Shown: positions 48,064 through 58,793, counted from the stretch's first letter. The stretch is DNA of 64,000 bases from a virus (IMGVR_UViG_3300010357_001332), one strand, 5' to 3'. The notes: a model not told the origin generated them from the sequence alone. Translations and numbers: made by a program.

Positions 48064-48267
48064 TTATGCTCGCAACATTTTTGTTTCGTACGATCTGAAC
48101 TCACCACGCAATTCAATATCACCGTTGTCATAAATATTCATTTCGAAAGTATCATCATCAAAAGAAATATCACCCCCATCACGGAATGTGTTTATTTCCT
48201 TTGTAAGTAATTCAAAATCTGATAAATTCATCGATCTAACAACTTGTGGTTCTTTTTTGTTTTTCAT
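48064..48267 (-). CDS. hypothetical acidic protein
   Basis: 67-aa ORF with a conserved leader upstream. Confidence 0.4.
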   Translation of the reverse strand: MKNKKEPQVVRSMNLSDFELLTKEINTFRDGGDISFDDDTFEMNIYDNGDIELRGEFRSYETKMLRA

Positions 48268-48596
48268 TCCCCTTCTCCTTTTACCGCCGCTTCGTAGGCG
48301 GCGATGGCGAGTTGATGTTCTTTAAGCAATAAGCATTTCTCGCAACACTCCACTCCATCTTCAACTTCAACACAGCAATAACAACCGTCCCGCAGTTCCT
48401 CCCCCGCCCTGAACCGGGCAACGGCGAGGGTGTGGAGAGGTTTATAATCTATATTATCAATATCTTCATCAGAAGAATAATCACCATCAAGTACCCACTT
48501 CAATGCATTTATTCTTGTAAGGTAATCATGTTCATCTGAAAAATCTAAATCAGATAATCTATTTATTTCTTTAATTATCTCAGATTTTGATTTCAT
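48264..48596 (-). CDS. cysteine-rich protein
   Basis: DGCYCCVEVEDGVECCEKC; GC-rich. Confidence 0.4.
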   Translation of the reverse strand: MKSKSEIIKEINRLSDLDFSDEHDYLTRINALKWVLDGDYSSDEDIDNIDYKPLHTLAVARFRAGEELRDGCYCCVEVEDGVECCEKCLLLKEHQLAIAAYEAAVKGEGE

Positions 48597-48970
48597 TTCT
48601 TTCTCCTCCTATTATCCTGTTTTTGCTTTAAGGTGATTACTAATCTTGAGCTCCAGGAGAAAAATGTTATTTCTAAATAAGGTCTATATACTGTAAAAGT
48701 TACTATATTTATAATACAACAAAATATTTGAATAAAAGAATTTATCCAGCAAAAGAATCTATGTAAAACTAAAAGTGTAAAATTATTCATTATCTTCCTT
48801 TTATAATTGCTTCCAATAAAATATCAAAATAAAAATTGATGCCAAAAGAATACCTGTAATTAAACCAATCATTGGATTATTAGTTTTAATTGCAGAGATT
48901 ATTGCAACAATAGTTGGAACAAATATACTTATATAGAACTTAATAATATACCAATTATTTTTTATCCAGT

Positions 48971-49171
48971 TCATGATTGATGTGTTTTTCCTTTGCTATC
49001 TGCAAACTGAAAACTAAGTCTTTGAGAATGAAACTTTTGTTCTCTTCCTTGCATACCTTCTGTCCAAACATGCTTGCATTGTTTACAACGATACGCTCTT
49101 CTACCATCGAAGGCTCTACCTTTATCCAACTTGTCACAAAAGCAAGAAGGGCATTTTCTTTTATTTTTCAT
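48971..49171 (-). CDS. zinc-ribbon protein
   Basis: CPSCFC...CKQCKH. Confidence 0.4.
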   Translation of the reverse strand: MKNKRKCPSCFCDKLDKGRAFDGRRAYRCKQCKHVWTEGMQGREQKFHSQRLSFQFADSKGKTHQS

Positions 49172-49508
49172 ATGTTTGTTTCCAAATAGATCTTAAATAT
49201 CTGAATATAATGTGAATTATTTTTGCTATTATAACAATACATGTACCTAATAAAATATCTATTAGACCTATAAGACAAAGTAATTTAATATCAAAGGTAG
49301 AATATTGGAAAATCTCAATTAGCATTACATAGTCTTTTTCAAATAAAGACCAATGTATATATCCCACAAGTAGACTTAATAAAAATGCTATTGTTATTGA
49401 AAGTGCCGAAATAATAGATATAATAGAAATTCTCAGAAGAAAATTTCCCATACTCTTTAGAAAACTTTTTCCTAATTCTATTATAAAATCTTTTATATGC
49501 TTAAGCAT
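49161..49508 (-). CDS. membrane protein
   Basis: 3-4 TM. Confidence 0.4.
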   Translation of the reverse strand: MLKHIKDFIIELGKSFLKSMGNFLLRISIISIISALSITIAFLLSLLVGYIHWSLFEKDYVMLIEIFQYSTFDIKLLCLIGLIDILLGTCIVIIAKIIHIIFRYLRSIWKQTYEK

Positions 49509-49511
49509 AAG

Positions 49512-49994
49512 CTAGAACCTCAAAATAAATTTATTGTCTTCCCAATATTTTAAAAGATTTGCTGTAAAAGGAATGTTTAATATATGTCTATCTGTATCAC
49601 AAACATATCTAATGTCACTTCCTGGTGAAGCAAAATTTAAAACCCATTCCCTAGTGAATACTAATCCTTTAGTAAAAGAAATAGATTGATGATATCCCCT
49701 GGTATATGGAAGAACAGAAATAGTATCTGTAACTGTCATGATAAATCTATTCGGTTCTGTTCTAGCAATCATATGCTCAGGGTAGATAGTCCATTCATAC
49801 CAATCTGATTCTTTAGATGCATTTTTCACTATTACGCATTTAGCATTATCTTTTACTTCCAAACTCATTCCGAATAGATAATCCATGTGTCCTTGCGCAT
49901 TCCAATGATGATCATATTTAGTATCTGGTGAATCACTACCAAATTTCTGAATAAATTCATGTTTACTTAATATTCTATACTTTATTAATTCCAT
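49512..49994 (-). CDS. hypothetical protein with HWN.QGxMDYLFG motif (paralog of 62431..62718)
   Basis: N-terminal ...DHHWNAQGHMDYLFGM matches IHWNHNGGMDYLFGQ in 62431..62718. Confidence 0.45.
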   Translation of the reverse strand: MELIKYRILSKHEFIQKFGSDSPDTKYDHHWNAQGHMDYLFGMSLEVKDNAKCVIVKNASKESDWYEWTIYPEHMIARTEPNRFIMTVTDTISVLPYTRGYHQSISFTKGLVFTREWVLNFASPGSDIRYVCDTDRHILNIPFTANLLKYWEDNKFILRF

Positions 49995-51195
49995 TCTACG
50001 CCTACTGAATATTTATCTTTGATTTGAAGCAGTGTTTTATTTTTTATAAGTGAAAAAAAATCTTCAAGACGCATTTCTTTACTACTAGTCCCTCTAACTC
50101 CTCCTGAAACCATAATTATTCTATCAGATAAAAAAGATACTATAGGATAGAGTGATACTGTATAACCCACCCAAGTAGGATTATATTCAATATAATCTTC
50201 TAAGGAAGTTAGTTGTCTAAAAGATTCTTTATCTGGAAAAACAAAAGCTAAGATTTCTCCTTTGTTTAGCTCATTAGTAGATTTTAATACTATATATATT
50301 CTTATGTTTTTATAATATGTTATCATTTCTACTTTTGAATATCACAAGTTAATATACAATCTTTTATTATCATAAGTTTATGTTGTTCCAGTAATTTAAA
50401 AAATTGATTTACTAATACAGCAGTAGTTTTGCTTTCTACTGTCGCAGTATTTTTAGTAAGATTAGTAATCTTATATAAACCTAACACTGAATCACAATCT
50501 AAGTTAGCATTATTATCAAGAAATAATTGCATAGAATTAAGCGAATTTACGTCTTCAGAACTACTCAGTATATATAAATACAAATATCCTTTATCAAAAA
50601 TAATATTGGATTCTGTTGCTATATACATTCTAACTCTATAATTCATTGTAATTCAATCCCATCTTTAGTAATTATTTCTATAACATTATGATTCTTTAAC
50701 ATATGAAATTGAGGATAAGAAAAGAATCTAGAATTATTATCTTCGTCAATGCAGAAGTAACCTTTCTTGATTTTTCCATCAGATTTATTTACAATATCCT
50801 TTGCCATTATTGTATAATTCATCTGTCTGTTTTTAGAAGTTGCCAGTAATCTAAATCTATCACCTACCTTCATGTTATCCTCCATTACTTTATAGTAGAT
50901 ATGGATCGGGATCAATGTCTTTGATTTTTAAAAGAATTCTTCGTTTAATAAGATCAAAAAGTATAAATAATGTTAAATCTATTGAAAAACACATTGATCT
51001 AGATTTTTTTAAACCAGATACACAAAAGAGAGTAATAGTATCAGTATCTCGACCATATGCTTGACTATGTTTTCTGTATAGATCAATAGAATTCAATGCT
51101 ATTAAATCATCGCTTGTTCTAAAGCAAAAGATTTGACCTTTTTTAATTTCTTTAGAAAGATAGTCTTCAGTCGCTATGTAATATCTAGCTTTCAT
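49985..51195 (-). repeat. four tandem small paralogous genes
   Basis: ORFs 49985..50326, 50329..50646, 50643..50915, 50890..51195 share the YYIATE...KG...F start pattern. Confidence 0.4.
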
Positions 51196-51291
51196 TTTAC
51201 CACCAGTAACGTTCCTTTAAATTAAATAGTTAAAGAAAAACCCTTTATTTATATAAAGGGTTTTTGTGCTTAAGTATTTAATTGATACGTC

Positions 51292-52323
51292 TTAGAGAAA
51301 AACTATTATATCTCCACTTACTTTAAAATCAATATCCCCGAGACCAGCGCCAGATCCATCAAGAGTGTATACAACTTCAGGAGTAACGATACTTGTAGTA
51401 AGCTTTGTGGACTTGTTCTTAACAATTTCCATTGAGATATATTTTACATCATCACCATTAACAACTTTAAGAACAACAACCTCAATAGATTTTGTTTGTT
51501 TATGCGGCCAGCAACCTACTTCTTTGGTATAGATTTTGCTGATAACTACAACATTAGATCCTTCTATATTGTTATATGTATTAATCACAGCTTCTATATC
51601 ATTAATAAGAACTTCAAGATTAGAATCTTGTTGATCAATATAAATACGAAGTGTTGCTTCAAGATTAGCAATTTGCTGAAGTACCCAAGTTTTAGTAGCA
51701 GCATTAATTTCAAGTTGAGTCACTCGATAATTAAGATTAAGAACTGCAAACTTAAGTAAGCAAATTTCTCCTCTAAGCTGTTGAATAGCAAGCCACTGTA
51801 CATCATTTTCAAACTTCAGTTGAGCAATAATCCCCATCATAAAGTTGATTTGATTTTGCATTACAACTTGATTTGTAATAATCATATTCTTAAGATATCC
51901 TGCTATCTGAAGAACCCAGCATTTAGAAGCAGAGTTTTGCTGAAGAATATGTACTGCATATTGAAGGCAGCGAATCTGATGCTGTAATATACAGAATTGT
52001 CTATGAAATTCTTTTTCATCCTTATCTATAATAAAATACAGATTAGTAATATTGGTTTGTATTACAATCAGTGTTTCATTAATTTCAGTAACCTCAATTT
52101 CAAGATTATTAACTTGAATTTGAATATTATTTACTACGATTTGAAGTGCATTAATTTGTTTTTGAAGATCATCTATCTTTGCTTCTAGATCTGCGTATCC
52201 AAGTATCATCAATGCATCTTGTTGTTTTTCTTTACTTGAACTTTCACTATCAATAGGATCACAAGCAATTACGAATGACATTGAAAGTAGAAGTACAAGT
52301 ATTACTCCGAAAAGCTTCTTCAT
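51292..52323 (-). CDS. lipoprotein with long heptad coiled-coil repeats (fibre/adhesin-like)
   Basis: Lipobox SFVIAC; repeated QINALQIVVNNIQIQVNNLEIEV-type heptads. Confidence 0.45.
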   Translation of the reverse strand: MKKLFGVILVLLLSMSFVIACDPIDSESSSKEKQQDALMILGYADLEAKIDDLQKQINALQIVVNNIQIQVNNLEIEVTEINETLIVIQTNITNLYFIIDKDEKEFHRQFCILQHQIRCLQYAVHILQQNSASKCWVLQIAGYLKNMIITNQVVMQNQINFMMGIIAQLKFENDVQWLAIQQLRGEICLLKFAVLNLNYRVTQLEINAATKTWVLQQIANLEATLRIYIDQQDSNLEVLINDIEAVINTYNNIEGSNVVVISKIYTKEVGCWPHKQTKSIEVVVLKVVNGDDVKYISMEIVKNKSTKLTTSIVTPEVVYTLDGSGAGLGDIDFKVSGDIIVFL

Positions 52324-52354
52324 ATAATCTTTACCTCTTTATTAGATTTTAATA

Positions 52355-52813
52355 CTAGAACTTAAAGCCCAGCATTATTTTTCCACCGTACATATTAAAT
52401 GTACGATTTGGGAACTTGCCATAGAAAGCGTGTGCGTAAGATGCACCAAACCCTAAACTAAATAATGGTGTAAGATCCCTTACATAACTGATACCAAACC
52501 CCGGTGCTACTACAGAACGATGAACTCCTTTTTCATACATGATATAGAATAAAGGTTCAAGAAAAATAGTATTTTTCTTTTCTGCAGCAAGACCTTTTTG
52601 TGGTTCAATATCGGGTATTTTTTGTTTAATAGGTTTAGGTTTATATGCTTTTTGTTTAAGAGGAGCATTTTCCTTTACCTTTTCAACATAAGTATCTACC
52701 TTTTCCCAAGCCATACATTTCCAGGTAGAAACTTTTACTTTTTCTGCAAAGACTTGTGATGTACCCAGCAGAAAAAGGAGTGTCAATAGAACACTACTAA
52801 ACTTCATATACAC
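52355..52813 (-). CDS. putative outer-membrane beta-barrel protein (Lom/Ail/OmpW-like)
   Basis: Signal peptide and C-terminal ...GGKIMLGFKF with a terminal Phe. Confidence 0.4.
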   Translation of the reverse strand: MYMKFSSVLLTLLFLLGTSQVFAEKVKVSTWKCMAWEKVDTYVEKVKENAPLKQKAYKPKPIKQKIPDIEPQKGLAAEKKNTIFLEPLFYIMYEKGVHRSVVAPGFGISYVRDLTPLFSLGFGASYAHAFYGKFPNRTFNMYGGKIMLGFKF

Positions 52814-52829
52814 TCTCCTGTATTTAATA

Positions 52830-54626
52830 TTAAGCCACGCCTTTCAAACTCTTCTTAGCGTGATCTCTTACAACTTGCAGAATGTCTTTAGATAAAACTA
52901 TCGGCATTCTTTCCATTTGTTCTGAATCATATTCAATATAATAATCTACTGAATCTTTAAAAGTATTACCACCTCCATCTAATTCAACATAAAGAATCTT
53001 AACACCAAACTCTCTGTAACGTTGTAAAGCTGCTTTAGTTTTCTGTACATCATTAGGCTGACCATCTGTTACGACTACTAAAAACTTAGATCCTTTTCTA
53101 GAAAGAAGTTTCGGTAATTCTAATTGAAGCACTTCTCCTGTAGGTGTACCTCCTTGATCATTCATAAGATCTGATAATGTATCAAATTTAGCCGATTTAT
53201 CATCATAATCTCTTGCAACAATAGTTCGATTAGTAAAGTAAACTAATCTTGCTTTAATGTTGTTCCTGACAGCACAAGCTTTATCGATAATGATTGACAT
53301 ATCGAGAACCTTACGCATTTGTGCATGTGACATGGATCCAGAATTATCAAATACACAAAGTACATTTAATCCTTCAGCAATTGCTTTTCTGGTATCTTGA
53401 TAAATGGTTCTGTCTTTTCCACCGAACTTTGCTTTGTAAAGAAATTCTGGATCTATTTCTCCTTCATCTGTTTCTGTGTAGACCTTATGAGAAGGAGCTC
53501 TCCATCCACCACAGAACATTCTATTGAAAGCAGATACCGCATTACCATATTGGCGAAGAACTTTTGCTATCTCAGAAAGAGAAAGACTATTTTTCTTTCT
53601 ATCTTCATATTGAACATCTCCGCCACCTGCCCCACCAGACTGCATAGCTTTCTTTAAAGCTTCTTCTACCTCTTTGCCTTGCAGTGGACCTACATCTTCA
53701 CTTTTGTAAGCAGATTTGTTTCCGATAGATTCAGATTCTCCTTTCTTACCCTTCTTACCTTTTCCTTCTTTACCTTCTCCACTTTCACCAGTTTGAGGTG
53801 AATCTGTGCTTTGACCTTGATCACTATCTGCCTGATCCTGATGATCATTAAGATCCTGTGCTTCTTGCGGAAAGACTTTCTTAAACATATCAAGAAATTC
53901 TTTTGTTATTTTAATCGTCCACTTCGGATTGTTGTAACCATAATGCTTATTTGCAGCAATGATAGGGGCAAAGTTTGTATCATATGCTTCTTTAACCTCA
54001 GGCTCGTTAATTATGTGGCTAAATCCAATAAGATCGAGCTGCGATTTAAGTAACAACCTTCCAAAAAGATAATAAGCCTTATCAAACTTCTTCTTTTCTT
54101 CTGGTGTATCAGGATCTAATCTTCTTGTAGTTCCTGTTTGTCCATAAACAAGCTTTCTGAAGTTTTTAAATGAAACAGGAAGAAGTCTTTTAAGAGTGGA
54201 AGACTGTATTCTTTTTCTTTCAAGTTCCCATTCTATTCGAATATCTTCGAATCCATTCATAGCATTCAGTTTAAGCCAGTCTTTCTTGTCGCAAGCATTC
54301 TTTTGTTCAATATTGAGAACAGGATGAGGAAAAGTATATGCAACATGACCTGCTTCGTGTGCAGCAAACATCTTCAACTTTTCAAAGAACTCGTGGCTCA
54401 TGTTCTTTATGATAGGAAGATGTATGTCGCATCTTCCCTGCAGATAGTTATGATGCTGTTTTGTATCATAATCCTGTTTAGTAGGATAATACTGTGCACA
54501 AGGATGTTTACCTACTTTAATAGCTACTCTAGAAGCAGCTTGGCGATCAATGATATCGCCAATGATTATTGTTAAATAATCTATTACCTCATCTTCAAAA
54601 GTATACGGTTTTACGTATTGTTTCAT
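52830..54626 (-). CDS. vWA-domain protein with HExxH motif (CobT-like partner of the AAA+ ATPase)
   Basis: C-terminal vWA MIDAS LCVFDNSGSMS; HEAGHVAY in the N-terminal half; E/K/G-rich linker. Confidence 0.5.
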   Translation of the reverse strand: MKQYVKPYTFEDEVIDYLTIIIGDIIDRQAASRVAIKVGKHPCAQYYPTKQDYDTKQHHNYLQGRCDIHLPIIKNMSHEFFEKLKMFAAHEAGHVAYTFPHPVLNIEQKNACDKKDWLKLNAMNGFEDIRIEWELERKRIQSSTLKRLLPVSFKNFRKLVYGQTGTTRRLDPDTPEEKKKFDKAYYLFGRLLLKSQLDLIGFSHIINEPEVKEAYDTNFAPIIAANKHYGYNNPKWTIKITKEFLDMFKKVFPQEAQDLNDHQDQADSDQGQSTDSPQTGESGEGKEGKGKKGKKGESESIGNKSAYKSEDVGPLQGKEVEEALKKAMQSGGAGGGDVQYEDRKKNSLSLSEIAKVLRQYGNAVSAFNRMFCGGWRAPSHKVYTETDEGEIDPEFLYKAKFGGKDRTIYQDTRKAIAEGLNVLCVFDNSGSMSHAQMRKVLDMSIIIDKACAVRNNIKARLVYFTNRTIVARDYDDKSAKFDTLSDLMNDQGGTPTGEVLQLELPKLLSRKGSKFLVVVTDGQPNDVQKTKAALQRYREFGVKILYVELDGGGNTFKDSVDYYIEYDSEQMERMPIVLSKDILQVVRDHAKKSLKGVA

Positions 54627-54645
54627 TCCAGTCTCCTCTATTTAT

Positions 54646-54906
54646 TTAATATGGAATAATCCACTCTTCTCTTACATAAATTATAAAATCTTCTAATTTA
54701 CAATAAAAATATTTATACCTTTCTCTATCACCTGTCATTTTAAATACAACGTGTTGTTTATATCTCTTATCTTTTGGAAAATAGACAATATTTAATACAA
54801 CTCCCTTTTTAGGGTAATAAGAATTATAATGTAGTTTATAATCTACTTGCATGTGAGCTGCAGTACCTATAACTTTTTCTTGATTAAGTATGTATCTTAA
54901 TTGCAT
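54646..54906 (-). CDS. hypothetical protein
   Basis: 86-aa ORF. Confidence 0.4.
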   Translation of the reverse strand: MQLRYILNQEKVIGTAAHMQVDYKLHYNSYYPKKGVVLNIVYFPKDKRYKQHVVFKMTGDRERYKYFYCKLEDFIIYVREEWIIPY

Positions 54907-54965
54907 TATATAACCTAGAAAGCAGGGGAGGACAATAGGTGCCCTCCCCTGTTAATACTTACGAC

Positions 54966-56207
54966 TTACTTGAAAAACTCTTCTGCTTCGACTCCTTGTT
55001 GATCCTTAATAGTCTCATCCATCCATTCTTCATATTTGGATTGGAGGCCTTTCATCGAATCAGTTACCAGGCAAGTGTAAGTTGTATTGAAAATCTCTGC
55101 TTCGTTTTGTGAGAGATGTTTTGCAACTTCTTCTATGATATGCTTCGGGGTATCTTCTTTGAAGCACCATACCTTCAAAGTATCTTCTTTGGAAGTTTTC
55201 ATATGCTTCTTCAGAGCACCGACTTGATGTCTTTCGCTTTCAGGAAGCCTGGAAGTATATCCGATATCAAAAGCTTCTTGAAGAGAAAAACCGCTCTTGA
55301 ACAGCTGGGCGATTGATTTTAATCTTCTGGTAGTCGGAACTATCGAAAAGTTCTGCTTGCGCAGTATCTTGACAGTGTCCATCAGAATATCAATATCTTC
55401 ATCTACCATTCCGCTATCGCGGAGTATTTGTGATTCCTGTGAAGTATAACCGAACTGAACAAACTCGAACCTGTCTATCGATGCAAGATCGAGTGCATTG
55501 GTATTGTATTCAACCGATCCTTGCATATCTGAGTTACCAGAAGCAATTACTTTAAAGTCAGGATGGCATTTCACCATCTCATTCGTCTCCTCGATAAGAA
55601 GTTGACCAGCTTCGAGTACCTCATGAAGCTTTGCAGCAAGATCTTCTGATGCTCTATCAAACTCATCGAGAATCAGAATCTTTCCTTCCTTCATTGCGCG
55701 AACAAGAGGACCTTCTATAAACTTGGTCTCTTCATTTACCAGTTCGAAGTGACCGATAAGCTTTGAAGGTTTCATATCGTTCGAAATAGAAGAAAGATAA
55801 TAGTTGCCTTTACCGGAAAGATATTTGGCATACGTCGTCTTTCCGCAACCTGCAGGACCCAACATGTACAAATTTGCTCCTATCTCAAAAATCTTTTTTG
55901 CAATCCTGTGTTCTGCAGTCTCATAATAAAGATCTCCATCTTCAGTTTGAACGCTTTTCGCTGAAACGTCTTCTTTTACTTCCACTGCCTCTCCTTTCTC
56001 CTTTTTCTCTTTAAATTTAAGCATTGCATCCTTCAAAGCTTTCTGATCCGAATCAGCATCAGAAAGATCTGCAAGGACACGATCAAACTTTTTCTGCACG
56101 ATTCCTCCATCTTTTTTGATGCCTATGTCATCATGCAGCGCCCATACGAACTTACCTTCGTCTATGAGCATGTTTAGTTGTTCTGCTCTCTTCTTGTAAT
56201 TGATCAT
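54966..56207 (-). CDS. MoxR/CobS-like AAA+ ATPase
   Basis: Walker A LGPAGCGKT, Walker B ILILDEFDRA, sensor-1 ASGN; GC-rich. Confidence 0.55.
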   Translation of the reverse strand: MINYKKRAEQLNMLIDEGKFVWALHDDIGIKKDGGIVQKKFDRVLADLSDADSDQKALKDAMLKFKEKKEKGEAVEVKEDVSAKSVQTEDGDLYYETAEHRIAKKIFEIGANLYMLGPAGCGKTTYAKYLSGKGNYYLSSISNDMKPSKLIGHFELVNEETKFIEGPLVRAMKEGKILILDEFDRASEDLAAKLHEVLEAGQLLIEETNEMVKCHPDFKVIASGNSDMQGSVEYNTNALDLASIDRFEFVQFGYTSQESQILRDSGMVDEDIDILMDTVKILRKQNFSIVPTTRRLKSIAQLFKSGFSLQEAFDIGYTSRLPESERHQVGALKKHMKTSKEDTLKVWCFKEDTPKHIIEEVAKHLSQNEAEIFNTTYTCLVTDSMKGLQSKYEEWMDETIKDQQGVEAEEFFK

Positions 56208-56468
56208 CTCTCATTCCTCCGAATTTTTTGTATTTAATTAATTTTCCTGTTTTAATATATTGTACTAATTCTTGTTCACAGACAAGCAAATTTAGAACTT
56301 TAGCTTCTCTATCTAATGGTTTTACTATATCAGAAAAATAAAATTGATATCCATGGTCTTCTTCATAATCATTACATTCTATTTTAATACAATGCCCCTG
56401 AAGTCTACCAACACCTGCAACTTCTGTAGTTTCTACAAAGATATAAAAACCATTTAGTTTATGATACA

Positions 56469-56852
56469 TTACTTCCCTCTAGCTTTCGAAAGAACAAACT
56501 TAAGAATTCTTTCTACTTTATAATCCTTTAATAAGTGTTTAATTCTATCTTCGAATATCAACTGATCTTCTTTCTCTAGAATAGTTTTACGCATGCGCTC
56601 TTTTGCAGCTAAAGCTTTTTTGTATTCTTCCATTTTTTCTTCTTCTTGTTCTTGAAGAACTTCAATAGAAGAACCCCTAGTTCTAAAGTATGCCTCAGCA
56701 CAACAATCTAAACAAATGTTTACATATTGCATACCATTAGTACCAAGATAAGCAGTGCCTTTTGGAATTTTATGCCCGCAAGAATGACAGGCACGGGTAC
56801 CTAAAGGTTTTCTTATTCTTGCACTGTGTTTACCGAAATCTTTATTATACAT
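56469..56852 (-). CDS. zinc-finger protein
   Basis: CHSCGH...CLDCC. Confidence 0.4.
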   Translation of the reverse strand: MYNKDFGKHSARIRKPLGTRACHSCGHKIPKGTAYLGTNGMQYVNICLDCCAEAYFRTRGSSIEVLQEQEEEKMEEYKKALAAKERMRKTILEKEDQLIFEDRIKHLLKDYKVERILKFVLSKARGK

Positions 56853-56861
56853 TATATCCTC

Positions 56862-57242
56862 CTAAATGATTTCTAGAATCTTATCTTTGATAACTTCTTT
56901 GGAGAATATAACACCTTTCTCTTTTTCAAGGGAAATCTTCCCTATAATAGCTTCTGCATCCCCAAGCTTAATAGAAGCTGCTTTATTAAAAGCAGCTTGT
57001 CCGAAGATTTTGAGAAATCTATCTTTGTCTATTTCTCTTCTTCCAGCCTCGGTGGAAGACTGTAGGGTATAAGGACCATCTTTAAGAATCCCCTTGTCTT
57101 TTGCTTCTTTGACAAGAACAGAAAAAGCTTTCTTAGAAGCTTCATACTGCCTTTCCTTTTCTCGAAGTTCCACTCTTTCTTTCTCTATTCTTTCTTGCAG
57201 CTTATATGCTTGTTTGAGAATAGAATCTTTTTGAAAAATCAT
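56862..57242 (-). CDS. hypothetical protein
   Basis: 126-aa ORF. Confidence 0.45.
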   Translation of the reverse strand: MIFQKDSILKQAYKLQERIEKERVELREKERQYEASKKAFSVLVKEAKDKGILKDGPYTLQSSTEAGRREIDKDRFLKIFGQAAFNKAASIKLGDAEAIIGKISLEKEKGVIFSKEVIKDKILEII

Positions 57243-57251
57243 TTCGACCTC

Positions 57252-57662
57252 CTAGTTAGTTACCCACATTCCATCTGGGTAGATGATAATTGTTTCTACT
57301 TTTTGTTTCTTTGCATAGCGAATAGTAGCCCATGTACCAGATCTTAACTGCTCATCGTTTCCCTTTGGACAAGCAATTAAAATTCTGCAGTTATCTACTA
57401 TATCGTGATTACGTTCTAGATAAGGTTTTTTATCAAGAAGTTTTTCATATCCAGTTTTCAAAGCTCTCTTAGAAGAGTTAATAGGTGGATGGATAGTAAT
57501 AGCAATACCTAATTCTTTTGCTATGTCATGCGCTTGTGAATCTGCTCCTATACAATCTCCATGATGGAATTCAGTGGCTTTGAAAGATATAAGAAACTTT
57601 TTTACAGTTTCTTTTTGCTTATCTGTCATACCTATTTGAGTTCCTGTAAAACCTATCTCCAT
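57252..57662 (-). CDS. SLOG/DprA-LOG-like Rossmann protein (DUF2493-like, tentative)
   Basis: GFTGTQIGMT...FHHGDCIGADSQAHDIA. Confidence 0.35.
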   Translation of the reverse strand: MEIGFTGTQIGMTDKQKETVKKFLISFKATEFHHGDCIGADSQAHDIAKELGIAITIHPPINSSKRALKTGYEKLLDKKPYLERNHDIVDNCRILIACPKGNDEQLRSGTWATIRYAKKQKVETIIIYPDGMWVTN

Positions 57663-58177
57663 TTCTTAACTCCATAAAAATATTATATAATTTAAATATA
57701 ATAAATTTTTCGAATAATAAAAACTAGACATTTAAAAATCTATTCTTGTGTTATCGTCTCGTTAGAAGTAAATTTACTTTCCTTCTTATAAGATTCCCAC
57801 CCCTTAAGTAAAAGAAATCCAACAAAATTATTAGGACTTCTACCTAAATGAAAAGCTTCTAGTTGAATTTCTCTTGCTTCAATTTCTGGAATAGACCCTG
57901 TTAATTGGATGCTTTTAAGTTCTTTTTTCGGTCTACCACTCTTACTTTTTTGGCCGCTCATTATATCACTCCTGATCTAACTTAAATTCCACTGTTCCTT
58001 TTTCTACTAATGGTACTATCGAAATAGTATGAAGTACATTAAGAACTCCTATAGCTCGTTCTTCATCTTTAGTTAAAGATCCTTGTGAAGTGGACTTTAA
58101 AGAAAGATGAATAAGAGAACGACCAGAAGAAACTGCTATATCCTCTGGCTTTGCCATTGCCAATAAGTTACCTATAT

Positions 58178-58660
58178 TCATTTCCAATCCTCCAATTTTT
58201 TGTATGTTGAATGTTTATAAGTTATTTCTTTAATAATATTCCAATCTTCTTTTGAACAGGACATAGATACAACTAGAATCTTGTTTTGTTTACTAAGTTC
58301 TTTTAGATGATTTTTCGAATAAGAACTAGGCTGCTGGTCTCGTTCAGACCACAATACTAGTCTATTACTAGTGTCATAAATATTTAAAAGATAAAATATA
58401 CTTCCTTTTTCTACACTCGAATCTACTATAAATTTAGTATGATCAAGATACATTAAGTTATCTGCAGGAAAAGTATAATAAGGATGTAATGTGGTGTTTA
58501 CCATTTGATTATCATCAACTTGACCACTATCTGTTATAACTCTTCCTATTTTATTGATAAAGTAATCCACAGCTTCTTGAGTATACCAGCGATACTTTTG
58601 CATAGTATCCCGTAGATTTTCTTTAACAAGAAAAAAATCACCTTTTTTAAATAAAACCAT
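58178..58660 (-). CDS. hypothetical protein (possibly the 3' part of a frameshifted longer gene)
   Basis: 160-aa ORF; the upstream ORF 58546..58797 overlaps it across an A7 tract at 58664..58672. Confidence 0.45.
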   Translation of the reverse strand: MVLFKKGDFFLVKENLRDTMQKYRWYTQEAVDYFINKIGRVITDSGQVDDNQMVNTTLHPYYTFPADNLMYLDHTKFIVDSSVEKGSIFYLLNIYDTSNRLVLWSERDQQPSSYSKNHLKELSKQNKILVVSMSCSKEDWNIIKEITYKHSTYKKLEDWK

Positions 58661-58793
58661 ATCTTTTTTTCCAGATTATGTCTACCTTCTAGATTTTCTA
58701 TAAAGTACTTTGCTGCTTTTTGTGACGTAGAAACTGGAATGTTTTGGGATAAACAAAAACCGTATACTTTATAATATTCTTCTTTTTGTGCAT

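Noticed and set aside
48955-49137. 60-aa minus-strand ORF overlapping 48971..49171
   Set aside because: The alternative frame (48971..49171) encodes a plausible Cys-x-x-Cys zinc ribbon; the two cannot both be real, so the zinc ribbon was preferred.
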